Positions 55,098-64,000 of a DNA stretch of 64,000 bases are shown here, one piece after another (the stretch's first letter is position 1; each line of letters opens with the position of its first letter). Below the pieces are notes generated by a model. That model was not told the origin of the DNA, did not search any database, and saw only the letters and a list, made by a program, of their open reading frames with translations. The position numbers and the translations under genes are program-made. Source of the DNA: Patescibacteria group bacterium (lineage in GTDB: Bacteria; Patescibacteriota; Minisyncoccia; Portnoybacterales; GWB1-42-6); assembly GCA_022709865.1 (NCBI GenBank), contig JAKLIA010000002.1, forward strand, positions 82,183 to 146,182. Reading direction: 5' to 3'.

Positions 55098-55171
55098 GGT
55101 CAATAGCCTTATCCACAAACTAAAAATAGCTCCGCAAAACGCGAAGCTATTTTAAAGAATATGTTTATTTT

Positions 55172-55945
55172 CTATTCTGTTGTGTTTTTGCTGAACAGCC
55201 CCTTAAACCAGCCCCAAACACCGGCAGCTTTCTTTTCTTCCTTGGATAGATTTTCAAGCCGTGTCTGCTCAGCTGTTACTTTTTGTATCTGCTCCTCAAT
55301 CACAGCCTTAATTTCAGCTGAACATTTAGTGCAGTTTTTTTGCAAGTCCAATAATTGCTGGACTTTCCCAGCGTTTAGTTTAACCTCATTGCTTATTTCA
55401 TCGGCTGCCTCTTTATCGCCGCCGTCCCAAAGCCTTTTTAGCCACCCGCGTTCTTGGATCTTGTTTTCAGCCTTAATGGTCTTCTGCACGGAATTATTAA
55501 ACTCTTGGGCAATAACTGAAACCTGCTTGCCGATGCCATCGGTTAAATCTTCGGCAGCCAATAAAGCATGCACCGCTTCCCTAACCTGGTTTTGGTTCTG
55601 GTAAACTTTCTGCTCTTTTTCACCTAATCCCTGTAATTCTTGCTGCAGCTCTTCGCGCTTTTGCGAGATAGCTTCTTTTAGCTCTGAAACTGTCTTTGCT
55701 TTAACTGCTGTCATCAATTCAAGCTGCGTTTGCTGCTGATTTTGAATAGCAGTTGTTTCTCCTTGGTTTTTTGTTTGCTGCTGAGTCTGAACCTGACTCT
55801 GGGCTTGAACTTGCGGAGTAGCGCTAACCGACGCACCTTGCTGTCCACTTCCTTGACCCTGGCCAGACGAAGTGTTGGCCGCTAGAACCGCGGTCGCGCC
55901 AAATATAAAAATGGCAGCCGTAAATACATAGATGATTTTTTTCAT
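55172..55945 (-). CDS. Secreted Gln-rich coiled-coil protein
   Basis: Signal peptide MKKIIYVFTAAIFIFGATAVLA, then SGQGQGSGQQGASVSATPQVQAQSQVQTQQQTKNQ low-complexity region, then heptad-rich helix. Confidence 0.5.
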   Translation of the reverse strand: MKKIIYVFTAAIFIFGATAVLAANTSSGQGQGSGQQGASVSATPQVQAQSQVQTQQQTKNQGETTAIQNQQQTQLELMTAVKAKTVSELKEAISQKREELQQELQGLGEKEQKVYQNQNQVREAVHALLAAEDLTDGIGKQVSVIAQEFNNSVQKTIKAENKIQERGWLKRLWDGGDKEAADEISNEVKLNAGKVQQLLDLQKNCTKCSAEIKAVIEEQIQKVTAEQTRLENLSKEEKKAAGVWGWFKGLFSKNTTE

Positions 55946-56042
55946 ATTTTTTTAATTAATTATTACCTACGCTAACCTAATTATTATATCACAAAAGACA
56001 ACAAAAAGACCTACTAATCTGTCAACAGTCCATTTTTATTTT

Positions 56043-56228
56043 CTACTGCCTAAAAGAGGTCCACAGAACATAAGAACCGGCAGCCACGCCAATAAGTATC
56101 AGCCAAACCAGATAGCCCCCGAAAAAATCACTCCAAAAAGCGCCGATGGCCACGCCAATAGCCAGCAAGGCCAACTTTAAAACCCCTACTTGTTGCCAAG
56201 TAAAAACATAGGTTTTAAGTAGTTCCAT
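56043..56228 (-). CDS. Small two-TM membrane protein (61 aa)
   Basis: Two hydrophobic helices. Low confidence. Confidence 0.35.
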   Translation of the reverse strand: MELLKTYVFTWQQVGVLKLALLAIGVAIGAFWSDFFGGYLVWLILIGVAAGSYVLWTSFRQ

Positions 56229-56327
56229 ATTTTTATTATTTTTTATTTTTTATACAAACGACCTTTGCTTTTTTAAGTTGAACACAGACGGCCTTTGCAT
56301 TAAAAATAACAAAAACAGGAAAGAGTT

Positions 56328-56669
56328 CTAGTTCAATTCCAAAGCTGCGTTAATTAGGCCTTTGGCTAGTCTTTTATCAGCCTCTTCGATATCATCAGAG
56401 GCTTCTCTGATTTTTCCCCAATTATTAACTTTTGCTAAATTAGAGACAAACTGATTGTCGCCAAGCTTTTGTTTAGCAGCTTCATAAGCCGCTATTTCTG
56501 GAGATCCAGCCCCGAGTTCATCTTTAATTATGGCCATTTTCACATCCATCATGGCGATGGCTTCGTTCCTAATGTTTTGATAGTCGACAGATAATTTAAC
56601 CTCTGCTTCTTTGTTATTTTCAACCTCTCCCGCTACCGGCTGAAGGTTTAATTGTTCGGGATTGTTCAT
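56328..56669 (-). CDS. Hypothetical acidic protein (113 aa)
   Basis: No recognisable motif. Intact ORF with plausible context. Confidence 0.45.
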   Translation of the reverse strand: MNNPEQLNLQPVAGEVENNKEAEVKLSVDYQNIRNEAIAMMDVKMAIIKDELGAGSPEIAAYEAAKQKLGDNQFVSNLAKVNNWGKIREASDDIEEADKRLAKGLINAALELN

Positions 56670-56812
56670 ATAATTAAGCTTATAATATTTATATTATATA
56701 TTATCCATCATTTACCCTTTTCTTGTAAAGCACCAAAGGGTATTTTTAAATCGTATTGGTAAACAAGCAGACCTTAAAAATCCGCCCACAGTTCTTTCCC
56801 AAACCTATTAAC

Positions 56813-56843
56813 AAAAAACCGCTCAAGCAAGGCGGTTTTTTGT
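56813..56843. terminator. Terminator after the oxidoreductase gene
   Basis: aaaaaaccgc-tcaagcaa-ggcggtttttt. Confidence 0.65.
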
Positions 56844-56861
56844 TAATCTAATATAATGGCC

Positions 56862-58112
56862 TTAAGCATTATTTCCGGCGCTGGCGCCAGCCACAAAACC
56901 GGTAGTCCAACAAAGTTGCAAATTATAACCGCCGGTCGGGCCGTCCAGGTCGATCATCTCCCCGGCAAAATACAGGTTTTTTATTTTCTTGGACCGCATA
57001 GTTTTTGAATCTATCTCTTTTAGCTCAACTCCCCCGGCAGTTATTATCGCTTCGTTAAAACCCAACAGGTCCTTAACGTTCAATTCCAATCCCTTAAGGA
57101 TACCCAAAAGCGTTTCCCGCTCTTCCTTGGTGATAAAGCTTAATTTTTTATCCGGGCTTATTCTGCTAAGATGCAAAAGCGAGTCGCTGAATCTTTGCGG
57201 AAAAAACTCCGATAAATAATTCCGGATATTCTTATTCCTCTTGAAGTCTTCCTGCAGCTTTTTATCCAACGCCATAATATTTAGACCTGGCATCAGGTCA
57301 ATTTTTAAAACCACTCCTCCTTTAGCCAGCGCCTCTCCCACGCTTTTGCTCAAGTCAAGAATTGTCGGCCCGCTTAAACCAAAATGGGTAAAAAGAATAT
57401 CTCCGGCCGCTTTAGCTAGATTTTTATTTTTTTGCCAAAAGGAAACTTCCACATTTTTTAAGCTAATGCCCTGAAGGCCGCCAACCCAACTTTCTTTTAT
57501 TTTTATTGGCACTAAGGCCGGCCTGGGGTTCACAATTTTATGCCCCATTGCTTGAGCCCATTCATATCCTTGGCCGGTAGAACCGGTTATGGGATAGGAG
57601 CGCCCGCCAACGCATAGAACATACGCCTGGGCAAGGATTTCCCTTTCCGCCAGCTGCGCGCTGATTATTGCCTCGTCTTTCAGTTCAAAGCCCAAAACTT
57701 CTTTGCCCAGCATCAATTTAACTTTATTCTCTTTTAAAGATTTGAATAGCGTCGCCAAGACATCCTGGGCCTGGCCCGAAGCGGGAAAAACCCGTCCGTC
57801 TTTTTCGGTTATTGTTTTTAGCCCCATCGCTTCAAAAAACTCTATCGTTTCTTCCGCGCCAAAAGAAGCCAAGGCCGATAAGAGCCATTGCCCGTTCTGG
57901 CCGAATTTTTGCGCAAACTTTTTATCATCAAACTCGGCGTGGGATATATTGCACCGGCCCCCGCCGCTAAGCAGCAGTTTTTTTCCGGGATTTAGATTTT
58001 TTTCAACTAAAACAACTCGGGCACCGCTGGCTGCCGCCCTAGCGGCGGCCATTAACCCGGCCGGCCCGCCCCCGATAACCGCTATATCAAACTCGTCTTG
58101 GATCTTCCACAT
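56862..58112 (-). CDS. NAD(P)/FAD-dependent oxidoreductase, HI0933/BaiN family
   Basis: FDIAVIGGGPAGLMAAARAAASGARVVLVEKN (GxGxxG), LLLSGGGRCNISH family signature. Confidence 0.85.
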   Translation of the reverse strand: MWKIQDEFDIAVIGGGPAGLMAAARAAASGARVVLVEKNLNPGKKLLLSGGGRCNISHAEFDDKKFAQKFGQNGQWLLSALASFGAEETIEFFEAMGLKTITEKDGRVFPASGQAQDVLATLFKSLKENKVKLMLGKEVLGFELKDEAIISAQLAEREILAQAYVLCVGGRSYPITGSTGQGYEWAQAMGHKIVNPRPALVPIKIKESWVGGLQGISLKNVEVSFWQKNKNLAKAAGDILFTHFGLSGPTILDLSKSVGEALAKGGVVLKIDLMPGLNIMALDKKLQEDFKRNKNIRNYLSEFFPQRFSDSLLHLSRISPDKKLSFITKEERETLLGILKGLELNVKDLLGFNEAIITAGGVELKEIDSKTMRSKKIKNLYFAGEMIDLDGPTGGYNLQLCWTTGFVAGASAGNNA

Positions 58113-58170
58113 AATTAATTAAATTAAAAGCCCCCTCGGGCTAAAATACAACATTATTTTTCAGCAAAAG

Positions 58171-58575
58171 TTAAGCCACATAATCCGGGCTCAACCGTTC
58201 ATACACCTCTCCGGTTAATTTTCTGAATAATTCCCGCTTCTTCCAAAAAGAGTTGCTATCCGAAACATCTTTTCCTTTAATTTTATTCAATTCCACCAGC
58301 GCCATGCATCGGGCGTGGCCAAAATCAACATTCAATTTATTCTGGGCGTCTTCCAGCCCTTGATATATCTGTTTTAAATAACCGTATTTATTGGAGATAT
58401 TCTGTTGCCGATTAGGCTTAAAGCGGGGCGAGAGGCAGTCGATCAAGGCCGCATTCGCTTCGATATGCTCAATAAAATCGTGAATAGCCACAAAAAAATC
58501 AAAACTCGCCGGAGTTTTGATTACCGCTTGAAACTTTTTATCTAAGCCATTTTTTACTTTGCTAGAGACTTTCAT
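58171..58575 (-). CDS. Hypothetical protein
   Basis: Start taken at MKVSSKV...; the upstream 25 codons are Cys/Phe-rich and unlikely. No domain recognised. Confidence 0.45.
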   Translation of the reverse strand: MKVSSKVKNGLDKKFQAVIKTPASFDFFVAIHDFIEHIEANAALIDCLSPRFKPNRQQNISNKYGYLKQIYQGLEDAQNKLNVDFGHARCMALVELNKIKGKDVSDSNSFWKKRELFRKLTGEVYERLSPDYVA

Positions 58576-58675
58576 TGCTAATATTTTACCACACTTACAC
58601 GAAAATAGCAAAAAATATATTCTAAAACAAAAACAGCCCCGATATAACATCTGGGCTGTTTTTTAAAGCTAGTGC

Positions 58676-58873
58676 TTAGGCTCGAGATACGTTAACCGCA
58701 TTCGGACCCTTTTCGCTCTCAGCGACTTCAAAGGTAACGGCATCGCCAACCTTCAATTCGTCAAAAGCCACACCCTTCAACTCTTTGGAATGAAAGAAAA
58801 GATCTTTCGTCTCGCCATCGCGAGAGATAAAACCAAATCCTCTGTCCGTGAGTGTTTTGATAACTCCGTTCAT
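58676..58873 (-). CDS. cspA: Cold-shock protein (CspA family)
   Basis: MNGVIKTLTDRGFGFISRDGETKDLFFH (RNP1/RNP2 motifs). Confidence 0.95.
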   Translation of the reverse strand: MNGVIKTLTDRGFGFISRDGETKDLFFHSKELKGVAFDELKVGDAVTFEVAESEKGPNAVNVSRA

Positions 58874-59234
58874 GTGCTTGTTTTGTTTATTTTAAAAGTG
58901 AGAAACTCGACTAGGTCTCTTTCTGCTAACTATATAAGCCTATCATAGTTTTTATCTTTTGTCAAGAGAGGGTGTTTTCTCTGGGCTTAAATCACAAAAA
59001 AAACAAAACCAGAAAGCCCGGTCTTGTTTTTTAGAGAACTTGCAACTTTGCTTATTTTCTCTTTTTTTTCTTAGTCGCCTTCTTCTTTTTCGCGACGACT
59101 TTCTTTTTTGCTTTTTTCTTTGCCATAAAGTTTTTGCAAAAAATTATTTCTTATTAAAAACTCCGCAACCTTTATTTGATTTTACCATAGTTTCAATAAG
59201 CATAATAGCTGCCAATATTTTTTTCGCAAAAAAA

Positions 59235-60428
59235 TTATATCTTTGATTCAAGAATATTTAACATTTGGTGATGAATGATATCCGGGGATAAAAGCTCTTT
59301 CATTTTTTCCCTTATCTCCTGGCTCACCGATTGCCCGCTAATATCTTTTATTTTTTCATAGGCGTTCGGCAAAGAAGCAAAATCGGTTATTAGTTCGGCC
59401 AAACCCACCTGTTTAAAAATTTCTGCCACGCCCATATTGGAGCTAACCAGAGCCGGCACGCCGCTGGCAATCGCTTCCTGGGGAACATTGCCATAAGTCT
59501 CAAAAACGGACGGACTTAGAACAATTCCCATTTTAGAATAGAACTTTCCCATTTCAGCGCTGCAAACCGGCCGGCGGAACTTAACCAAGCCGTCCAGCGC
59601 CTGGCGCGGTAAAGCATTTTTTTTGAGGTCCGTTACCACGTTTATGATATATCTATTGCCTTGCTGCTGGTTGTATTTGGCCAACTTATTAAAAAAATCT
59701 GTATTCTTCACTTTGGCCCAACGGCAAATTATACCTATGTTTTTTTTGCAGCGATTAACTTTCTGCTCAAAAAAATGCAACGGCACGGCATTGGGCAAAA
59801 TGGAATATTTTTTAACCGCGTGGCCAAAAACCTCGTTTTCCACTACCTGCTTGGTCAATTCAGACGGGAAAATATAAGATAAGTCTTTTGAGTCAAAAGA
59901 CTTTTCCATTTCTTTAAAAAGTTTTCTTGGCTTTTCTTGCCAATGCTCTGTTTCTTTGGAAATGCTGCCATGATAATGCAGCACCGTGGCCACTCCCATT
60001 TCCTTGGTAGCCAGATACAAGCACCAAGGCAAATAATAAGTCCCGTTTACCAGAACAATATCCGGCTTTTCATCTTTGATCGCGATCTTGTATTGTTCAA
60101 TAGTATCTCGATAAGCCCGCCTAAGGTCGCCTAAGTTTTGCGCCTCTAAAACCGCCCGGCCGATTTGCGGGATTTCTAAGGTTGAGGAGATCAAAGAAAA
60201 TTGGCCGTCCTGCGTTCTGGCGAGTCCGGGTTGCCCATTGGAAACATCCACCCCAATTATCTTGGCGTTCTTTTTTTTGCGGCTCTCGATAAAACCCAAA
60301 AAAGAATTGAGAGTTTGTGATATTCCGCAAACTTTTGAGTCCCTAATGTTAGTTAAAATCTTCATTTTTGTTCTTGCTAGAATAAAAAATAGCCGGCTAT
60401 TTCCGGCTAAGCATCTTAAGAATACCAT
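59235..60428 (-). CDS. Glycosyltransferase family 4
   Basis: C-terminal ETYGNVPQEAIASGVPALVSSNMGVAEIF. True start possibly MKILTNI at ~60365. Confidence 0.75.
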   Translation of the reverse strand: MVFLRCLAGNSRLFFILARTKMKILTNIRDSKVCGISQTLNSFLGFIESRKKKNAKIIGVDVSNGQPGLARTQDGQFSLISSTLEIPQIGRAVLEAQNLGDLRRAYRDTIEQYKIAIKDEKPDIVLVNGTYYLPWCLYLATKEMGVATVLHYHGSISKETEHWQEKPRKLFKEMEKSFDSKDLSYIFPSELTKQVVENEVFGHAVKKYSILPNAVPLHFFEQKVNRCKKNIGIICRWAKVKNTDFFNKLAKYNQQQGNRYIINVVTDLKKNALPRQALDGLVKFRRPVCSAEMGKFYSKMGIVLSPSVFETYGNVPQEAIASGVPALVSSNMGVAEIFKQVGLAELITDFASLPNAYEKIKDISGQSVSQEIREKMKELLSPDIIHHQMLNILESKI

Positions 60429-60490
60429 ACTTGAAATATTTTGTCAATCTTATTCCGCCTCCTCTTCTTGAAAAACGCCTTTTTTATCCT

Positions 60491-61606
60491 CTATTTTTCG
60501 ATTATTTTTAAAACCGCGCTCTTTAACGCTTCGGCCGCAAGGCGATGGCCTTCTCGATTATAATGGTGCGCATTTTTTTCGTTTTCGCACTCCGCTTTTA
60601 TTGCGTGGATATCTGCCACATAATCGCACATATTGTAAAATGACGCTCCTAGCCCAACCGTTAATTCATTTAATTGTTCGTGCAGCTTCTTGCCTTCCAA
60701 ATTATCGGTGTAGCCGCAATAATCTTGGGCTAAGGTTGTTGGCGTAAAATTGATCACGACAAAAGGCACCTCTTTATTTTTCAATATGCCGGCCATATTT
60801 TTAACTGAATCAAAAGCCAGCTCAACCGTTTCCTGGCTTATAAAAAACGGGTCCAAGGCCAGCGAGCTTTTATAGGCTATAAACCTGAAAAAAGCAGAAT
60901 GTTTTAATAAAAAATAATTTATTTTTTTACCAAAATACGGCACCTCAGGAATTAGGCGGTCTTTAACGACCATCAGGTCAGCCTCGTGAGAATCTGGCTG
61001 CGAGCTCATAATTAGGCTAGCGCCCAACGGAGACCTCATCGGCTCTATGTCGTTATCTGTGAACTGCAGAACAACCAGATCCGGTTCGTATTGCATAACT
61101 GCTTCTTTTAATAAAAACAATTCTTGGTAAGTGTTCAGCCCCGGAGCGGCAAAAGGTAAAACTTCAAACCCATCTATGCCCTCTATTTTAATCTCATTTT
61201 TATTATTAAGCATGGCAGATAATTGCTGGGCATATCCGCAGCCTTTATTCTCGCAGCAATACCACGCGCCCGTACTGAAAGAATCGCCAATAACAGCTAT
61301 TCTAAACTTATTTTTTAGTTTTTCCAGCTGTATGGTTTTGGTATCAAAATATTTATAAAGATCCGAAAATAACAAGCCGGAGCTTAATTTATAATAAAGC
61401 CCGTTCTCTTTATTTATATAAAGCTGTTCTTTTTCATAATCAACGCCGTATTCATTATTTCTTAAAATATCTTGCCCGCTCATGCCAAAGCTTATTTTTT
61501 CATCAAAAAATAGCCGGCAAAATATTTCGCCGGCTATTAAAAACAATAGAACGCTAGCGCAAAGCAATAGCAATTTTATAAAAATTGATTTGAGTTTCTT
61601 TTTCAT
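60491..61606 (-). CDS. SGNH/GDSL-hydrolase-fold protein with N-terminal TM anchor (possible glycan O-acetyl esterase/transferase, AlgX/J-like)
   Basis: FRIAVIGDSFSTGAWY (GDS block I), DLVVLQFTDNDI (block III-like). Adjacent to a GT4. Confidence 0.65.
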   Translation of the reverse strand: MKKKLKSIFIKLLLLCASVLLFLIAGEIFCRLFFDEKISFGMSGQDILRNNEYGVDYEKEQLYINKENGLYYKLSSGLLFSDLYKYFDTKTIQLEKLKNKFRIAVIGDSFSTGAWYCCENKGCGYAQQLSAMLNNKNEIKIEGIDGFEVLPFAAPGLNTYQELFLLKEAVMQYEPDLVVLQFTDNDIEPMRSPLGASLIMSSQPDSHEADLMVVKDRLIPEVPYFGKKINYFLLKHSAFFRFIAYKSSLALDPFFISQETVELAFDSVKNMAGILKNKEVPFVVINFTPTTLAQDYCGYTDNLEGKKLHEQLNELTVGLGASFYNMCDYVADIHAIKAECENEKNAHHYNREGHRLAAEALKSAVLKIIEK

Positions 61607-61780
61607 TTATTAAATTATTCTTTTGGATAGCTATTTTATGCTCTCGCATCGCTTGAACCTATCTTCTTATAGCACACCACTCGCATCTAGTACCAATCCC
61701 CGGCAAGCCTTTGAGAGCTTTTCTGGAGTTCTTTCTCCTATCTTAATAAGGCGCTCGCATAGAGGTCAAAATATTAGAGC

Positions 61781-62878
61781 TTACCGCTGTTTATATTTCT
61801 TTATCTGCTCTTTTGCTTTCTTGATAAACTTTCCAAATTGACGGTCTTTTTCCCTTTTTTCCAGTTTTGTCAGTTCGTAATATTCGGCTTCTTTTTTCAG
61901 GTTAATATAATTGGAATATTTATCTGCATCCAACTTGCCGCCGGCCAACGCCGCCAGCACTTCGCACCCGGGCTCTTGAATATGTGTGCAATCGGCAAAT
62001 TTGCATTTTTCTGCCAAAATAGTTATTTCATCAAACAACTTATCAATGCCGGCGCTTGAATCCGCCATCCCCACCTCTCTCATTCCAGGATTATCTATCA
62101 CTATGCCGCCGTTTTCTAGAAAATACATCTCTCTGCTCGTGGTCACATGCTTGCCCCGATTAACAGAAGCGCTTATTTGTTCGGTTCTTATAATATTTTC
62201 TCCGAGCAGTTTATTAATCAAAGTAGACTTTCCCACTCCGGAAGACCCCAGGAAACAATAAGTCTTCCCCTTTTTTATATACACTTTTAATTCATCCAGC
62301 CCCTCGTTAGTTATCGTGCTAGTAAAAATAAAATCGATATCATTAAACCGCTTTTTTATTTCGTCTATTTTTAACGCTAAATCTTCTTTCGTAATTAAGT
62401 CTACTTTATTCAAAATAATTGCCGGCTTTATCCCACCGGCAGTTGCTATGGAAAAATATCTCTCAAAGCGATTAAGATTATAATCTCTACCAACCGACTC
62501 AACCACAAACGCCACGTCAACATTTGTCGCAATAATTTGCGTCTCTTGCGTCTCGTTTTTACCGCCGTATCTTTTCTTTATACATGTCTTCCTTGGCAAG
62601 ACTCCTCGAATCACGGCTTGGCCTTCATTAAGCTCGTTAAGCGCCACCCAATCACCCACGGCCGGATAATCTTCCCGCGACAAAGCCTCAAACATCTGCT
62701 TGCCGGTTATTCTGGCCAAAGATTCCCCTTTCGCGCTTCTGACTTTATACGCCCCGCGGTATTCAACCATAACCCGGCCAACCGAAAAATCACCCAGCCC
62801 TAATTTCTGGCGGCTAGATTCAAAAAACGCGTTATACCCCAAATCTTCAAGTTTAGTTTTAATATCCGCTTCGTCCAT
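61781..62878 (-). CDS. rsgA: Ribosome small-subunit-dependent GTPase A (RsgA/YjeQ)
   Basis: OB-fold N-domain, circularly permuted GTPase (NVDVAFVVES...FLGSSGVGKSTLINKL), C-terminal zinc knuckle CKFADCTHIQEPGCEV. Confidence 0.9.
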   Translation of the reverse strand: MDEADIKTKLEDLGYNAFFESSRQKLGLGDFSVGRVMVEYRGAYKVRSAKGESLARITGKQMFEALSREDYPAVGDWVALNELNEGQAVIRGVLPRKTCIKKRYGGKNETQETQIIATNVDVAFVVESVGRDYNLNRFERYFSIATAGGIKPAIILNKVDLITKEDLALKIDEIKKRFNDIDFIFTSTITNEGLDELKVYIKKGKTYCFLGSSGVGKSTLINKLLGENIIRTEQISASVNRGKHVTTSREMYFLENGGIVIDNPGMREVGMADSSAGIDKLFDEITILAEKCKFADCTHIQEPGCEVLAALAGGKLDADKYSNYINLKKEAEYYELTKLEKREKDRQFGKFIKKAKEQIKKYKQR

Positions 62879-63037
62879 GTTTTTATCCTACCAAAAAATC
62901 GCCATTTAGGCGATTTTTAAAATGGCACAGCACTCCAACTTATAACCTCTTAGGGCCAAGCCCACAAAGGCTTTTCTAGGGCTCTTTATATCATCTCACT
63001 AAGGCACTCGCATAGGTATAACCGCTTTTTTTATCTT

Positions 63038-63256
63038 CTATTTTGCTCCTTTTTCTCTCAAACATTTTTTATAAGCAACATCATATGTGTCCCCGTATAA
63101 CCCCCTACCGGTTCCACTATAATAAGAGGCCTCCCTGTTGCACTCTTTTCTTATTTTGATTGATCGATATTGAAACCAATAAAAAAGAAATCCAATAACT
63201 AACAAAATAATAAAGATAAAAACAATCTTCGCTATATTTTTTTTAAAAAATGTCAT
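63038..63256 (-). CDS. Small single-TM protein (72 aa)
   Basis: Hydrophobic helix IVFIFIILLVIGFLFYWF plus basic tail. Low confidence. Confidence 0.35.
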   Translation of the reverse strand: MTFFKKNIAKIVFIFIILLVIGFLFYWFQYRSIKIRKECNREASYYSGTGRGLYGDTYDVAYKKCLREKGAK

Positions 63257-63317
63257 AATATATAATCTTAAAAATTAAAACCATACAATATAAAAATTGA
63301 GCTTACCATTTCGGCAC

Positions 63318-63782
63318 TTAAAGAGTCTGTTTTTGAAGCACCCCGGCATCTATGGCTCGCTCTAATCCAACAGCAAAGTGTTTAAAATATGAATTAATAA
63401 GAACATGTAATACTGAACCAGAAATAACAAGCCCACATTTAGCTAAACCATCATCATTATAGACACCACTACCAATTTTTTTTATATAAAATTCATGAAC
63501 AAAACCATTTCTATATAAATCAAAAACCTCATCCCAATTTACAAATTTGTATCCCACGTATTTTTCTGTAAAAGCCCGGAAGGCTTTAGCTCCACCGCCA
63601 CGCCTACCAATCGTTCCCAAAATCATGCGCCCAAGAGCTTCTGAATAAGCAAATAGACCTAGAGCAACAAGATAATTTTGTTCGGCCTGGACACCACGAT
63701 ACAGATCATTCACCATGCCATTATAAGGCCAAACTTCACTATATTTCCAACTATATTCCAATTCAATATTTTTTTTAGACAT
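63318..63782 (-). CDS. Hypothetical protein (154 aa)
   Basis: Intact ORF, no recognised domain. Confidence 0.45.
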   Translation of the reverse strand: MSKKNIELEYSWKYSEVWPYNGMVNDLYRGVQAEQNYLVALGLFAYSEALGRMILGTIGRRGGGAKAFRAFTEKYVGYKFVNWDEVFDLYRNGFVHEFYIKKIGSGVYNDDGLAKCGLVISGSVLHVLINSYFKHFAVGLERAIDAGVLQKQTL

Positions 63783-64000
63783 AATTGGATATCTGAGCCT
63801 TAAAATAAAGTATCTTCTAAAAGTAGCCTAGAATCAAGGCACTCGAATCATTTGAAACTATTTATCCGATAATGACACAATACCCATACCCGACAACTTA
63901 TCCAAGCAAGCTTTCAAGGGCTTTCTTGGCGATTTTTTTTATAATCATACTATAATGTCTCAGTTTGGGATCAAATTGTGGCACCCTATTACTGCTTAAA

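Noticed and set aside
1-64000. CRISPR arrays, transposases, integrases, prophage blocks, rRNA genes
   Set aside because: I looked for regularly spaced direct repeats, DDE/tyrosine-recombinase-like ORFs and rRNA-like GC-rich blocks and found none. The only mobile-looking feature is the small GIY-YIG/tRNA-fragment cassette.

Overview
The window reads as a gene-dense, AT-rich (~40% GC) bacterial chromosome segment. Its gene content and style resemble a Patescibacteria/CPR-like organism: many small membrane proteins and glycosyltransferases, Lys-rich protein tails, and scattered GC-rich RNA islands. Most genes lie on the minus strand.

Recognisable core genes:
- pyrG (5' part only, runs off the window start), rplI, rplU, rplJ-rplL.
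- hrcA-grpE-dnaK-(membrane ORF)-dnaJ operon with a CIRCE-like operator.
- Part of the division/cell-wall (dcw) cluster: mraZ-rsmH-ftsL-ftsI-murF, plus murC.
- lexA with a GAAC-N4-GTTC box in its promoter.
- dnaB, recR, cysS, fmt, lgt, rmuC, thpR, rsgA, cspA, mscL, mltG.
- A cell-envelope glycan cluster: LCP, four glycosyltransferases (GT2/GT4), an O-antigen-ligase-like protein, WecB/TagA.
- Three tRNAs, all minus strand: Lys-UUU, Glu-CUC, Val-CAC.

No CRISPR array, transposase, integrase or rRNA was seen.

Most interesting observations:
1. A two-copy ~130-nt intergenic element (43.85 kb and 54.97 kb) whose terminal helix shows compensatory changes and a conserved G·U pair. This points to a structured small RNA on the plus strand.
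2. A YhbQ-type GIY-YIG gene wedged between a complete tRNA-Lys and a partial duplicate of that tRNA's 5' end, which carries a 39-nt GC hairpin insert.
3. A PriA homologue that keeps the 3'-DNA-binding and zinc-finger domains but has degenerate helicase motifs I, II, V and VI.
4. Two GC-rich islands (15.28-15.43 kb and 19.12-19.29 kb) that look like unclassified structured RNAs.
5. Eight perfect TTATCCACA (DnaA-box) 9-mers, four of them clustered upstream of mraZ next to tRNA-Val.
6. A PhaC/PhaZ-like alpha/beta hydrolase with a Cys lipase box.
7. An MscL whose C-terminal helix is replaced by a zinc ribbon.
8. A CorA-family protein with GMN replaced by SMH.
9. A large secreted peptidoglycan hydrolase fusing an amidase_2 domain, four novel ~50-aa repeats, an S/T/P linker and a SpoIID/LytB domain.
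10. A shared promoter-spacer motif (ctATGCGAGyGCCTTa) in front of three consecutive minus-strand transcription units near the window end.

All calls rest on reading the sequence and the supplied ORF track. No database searches were run.
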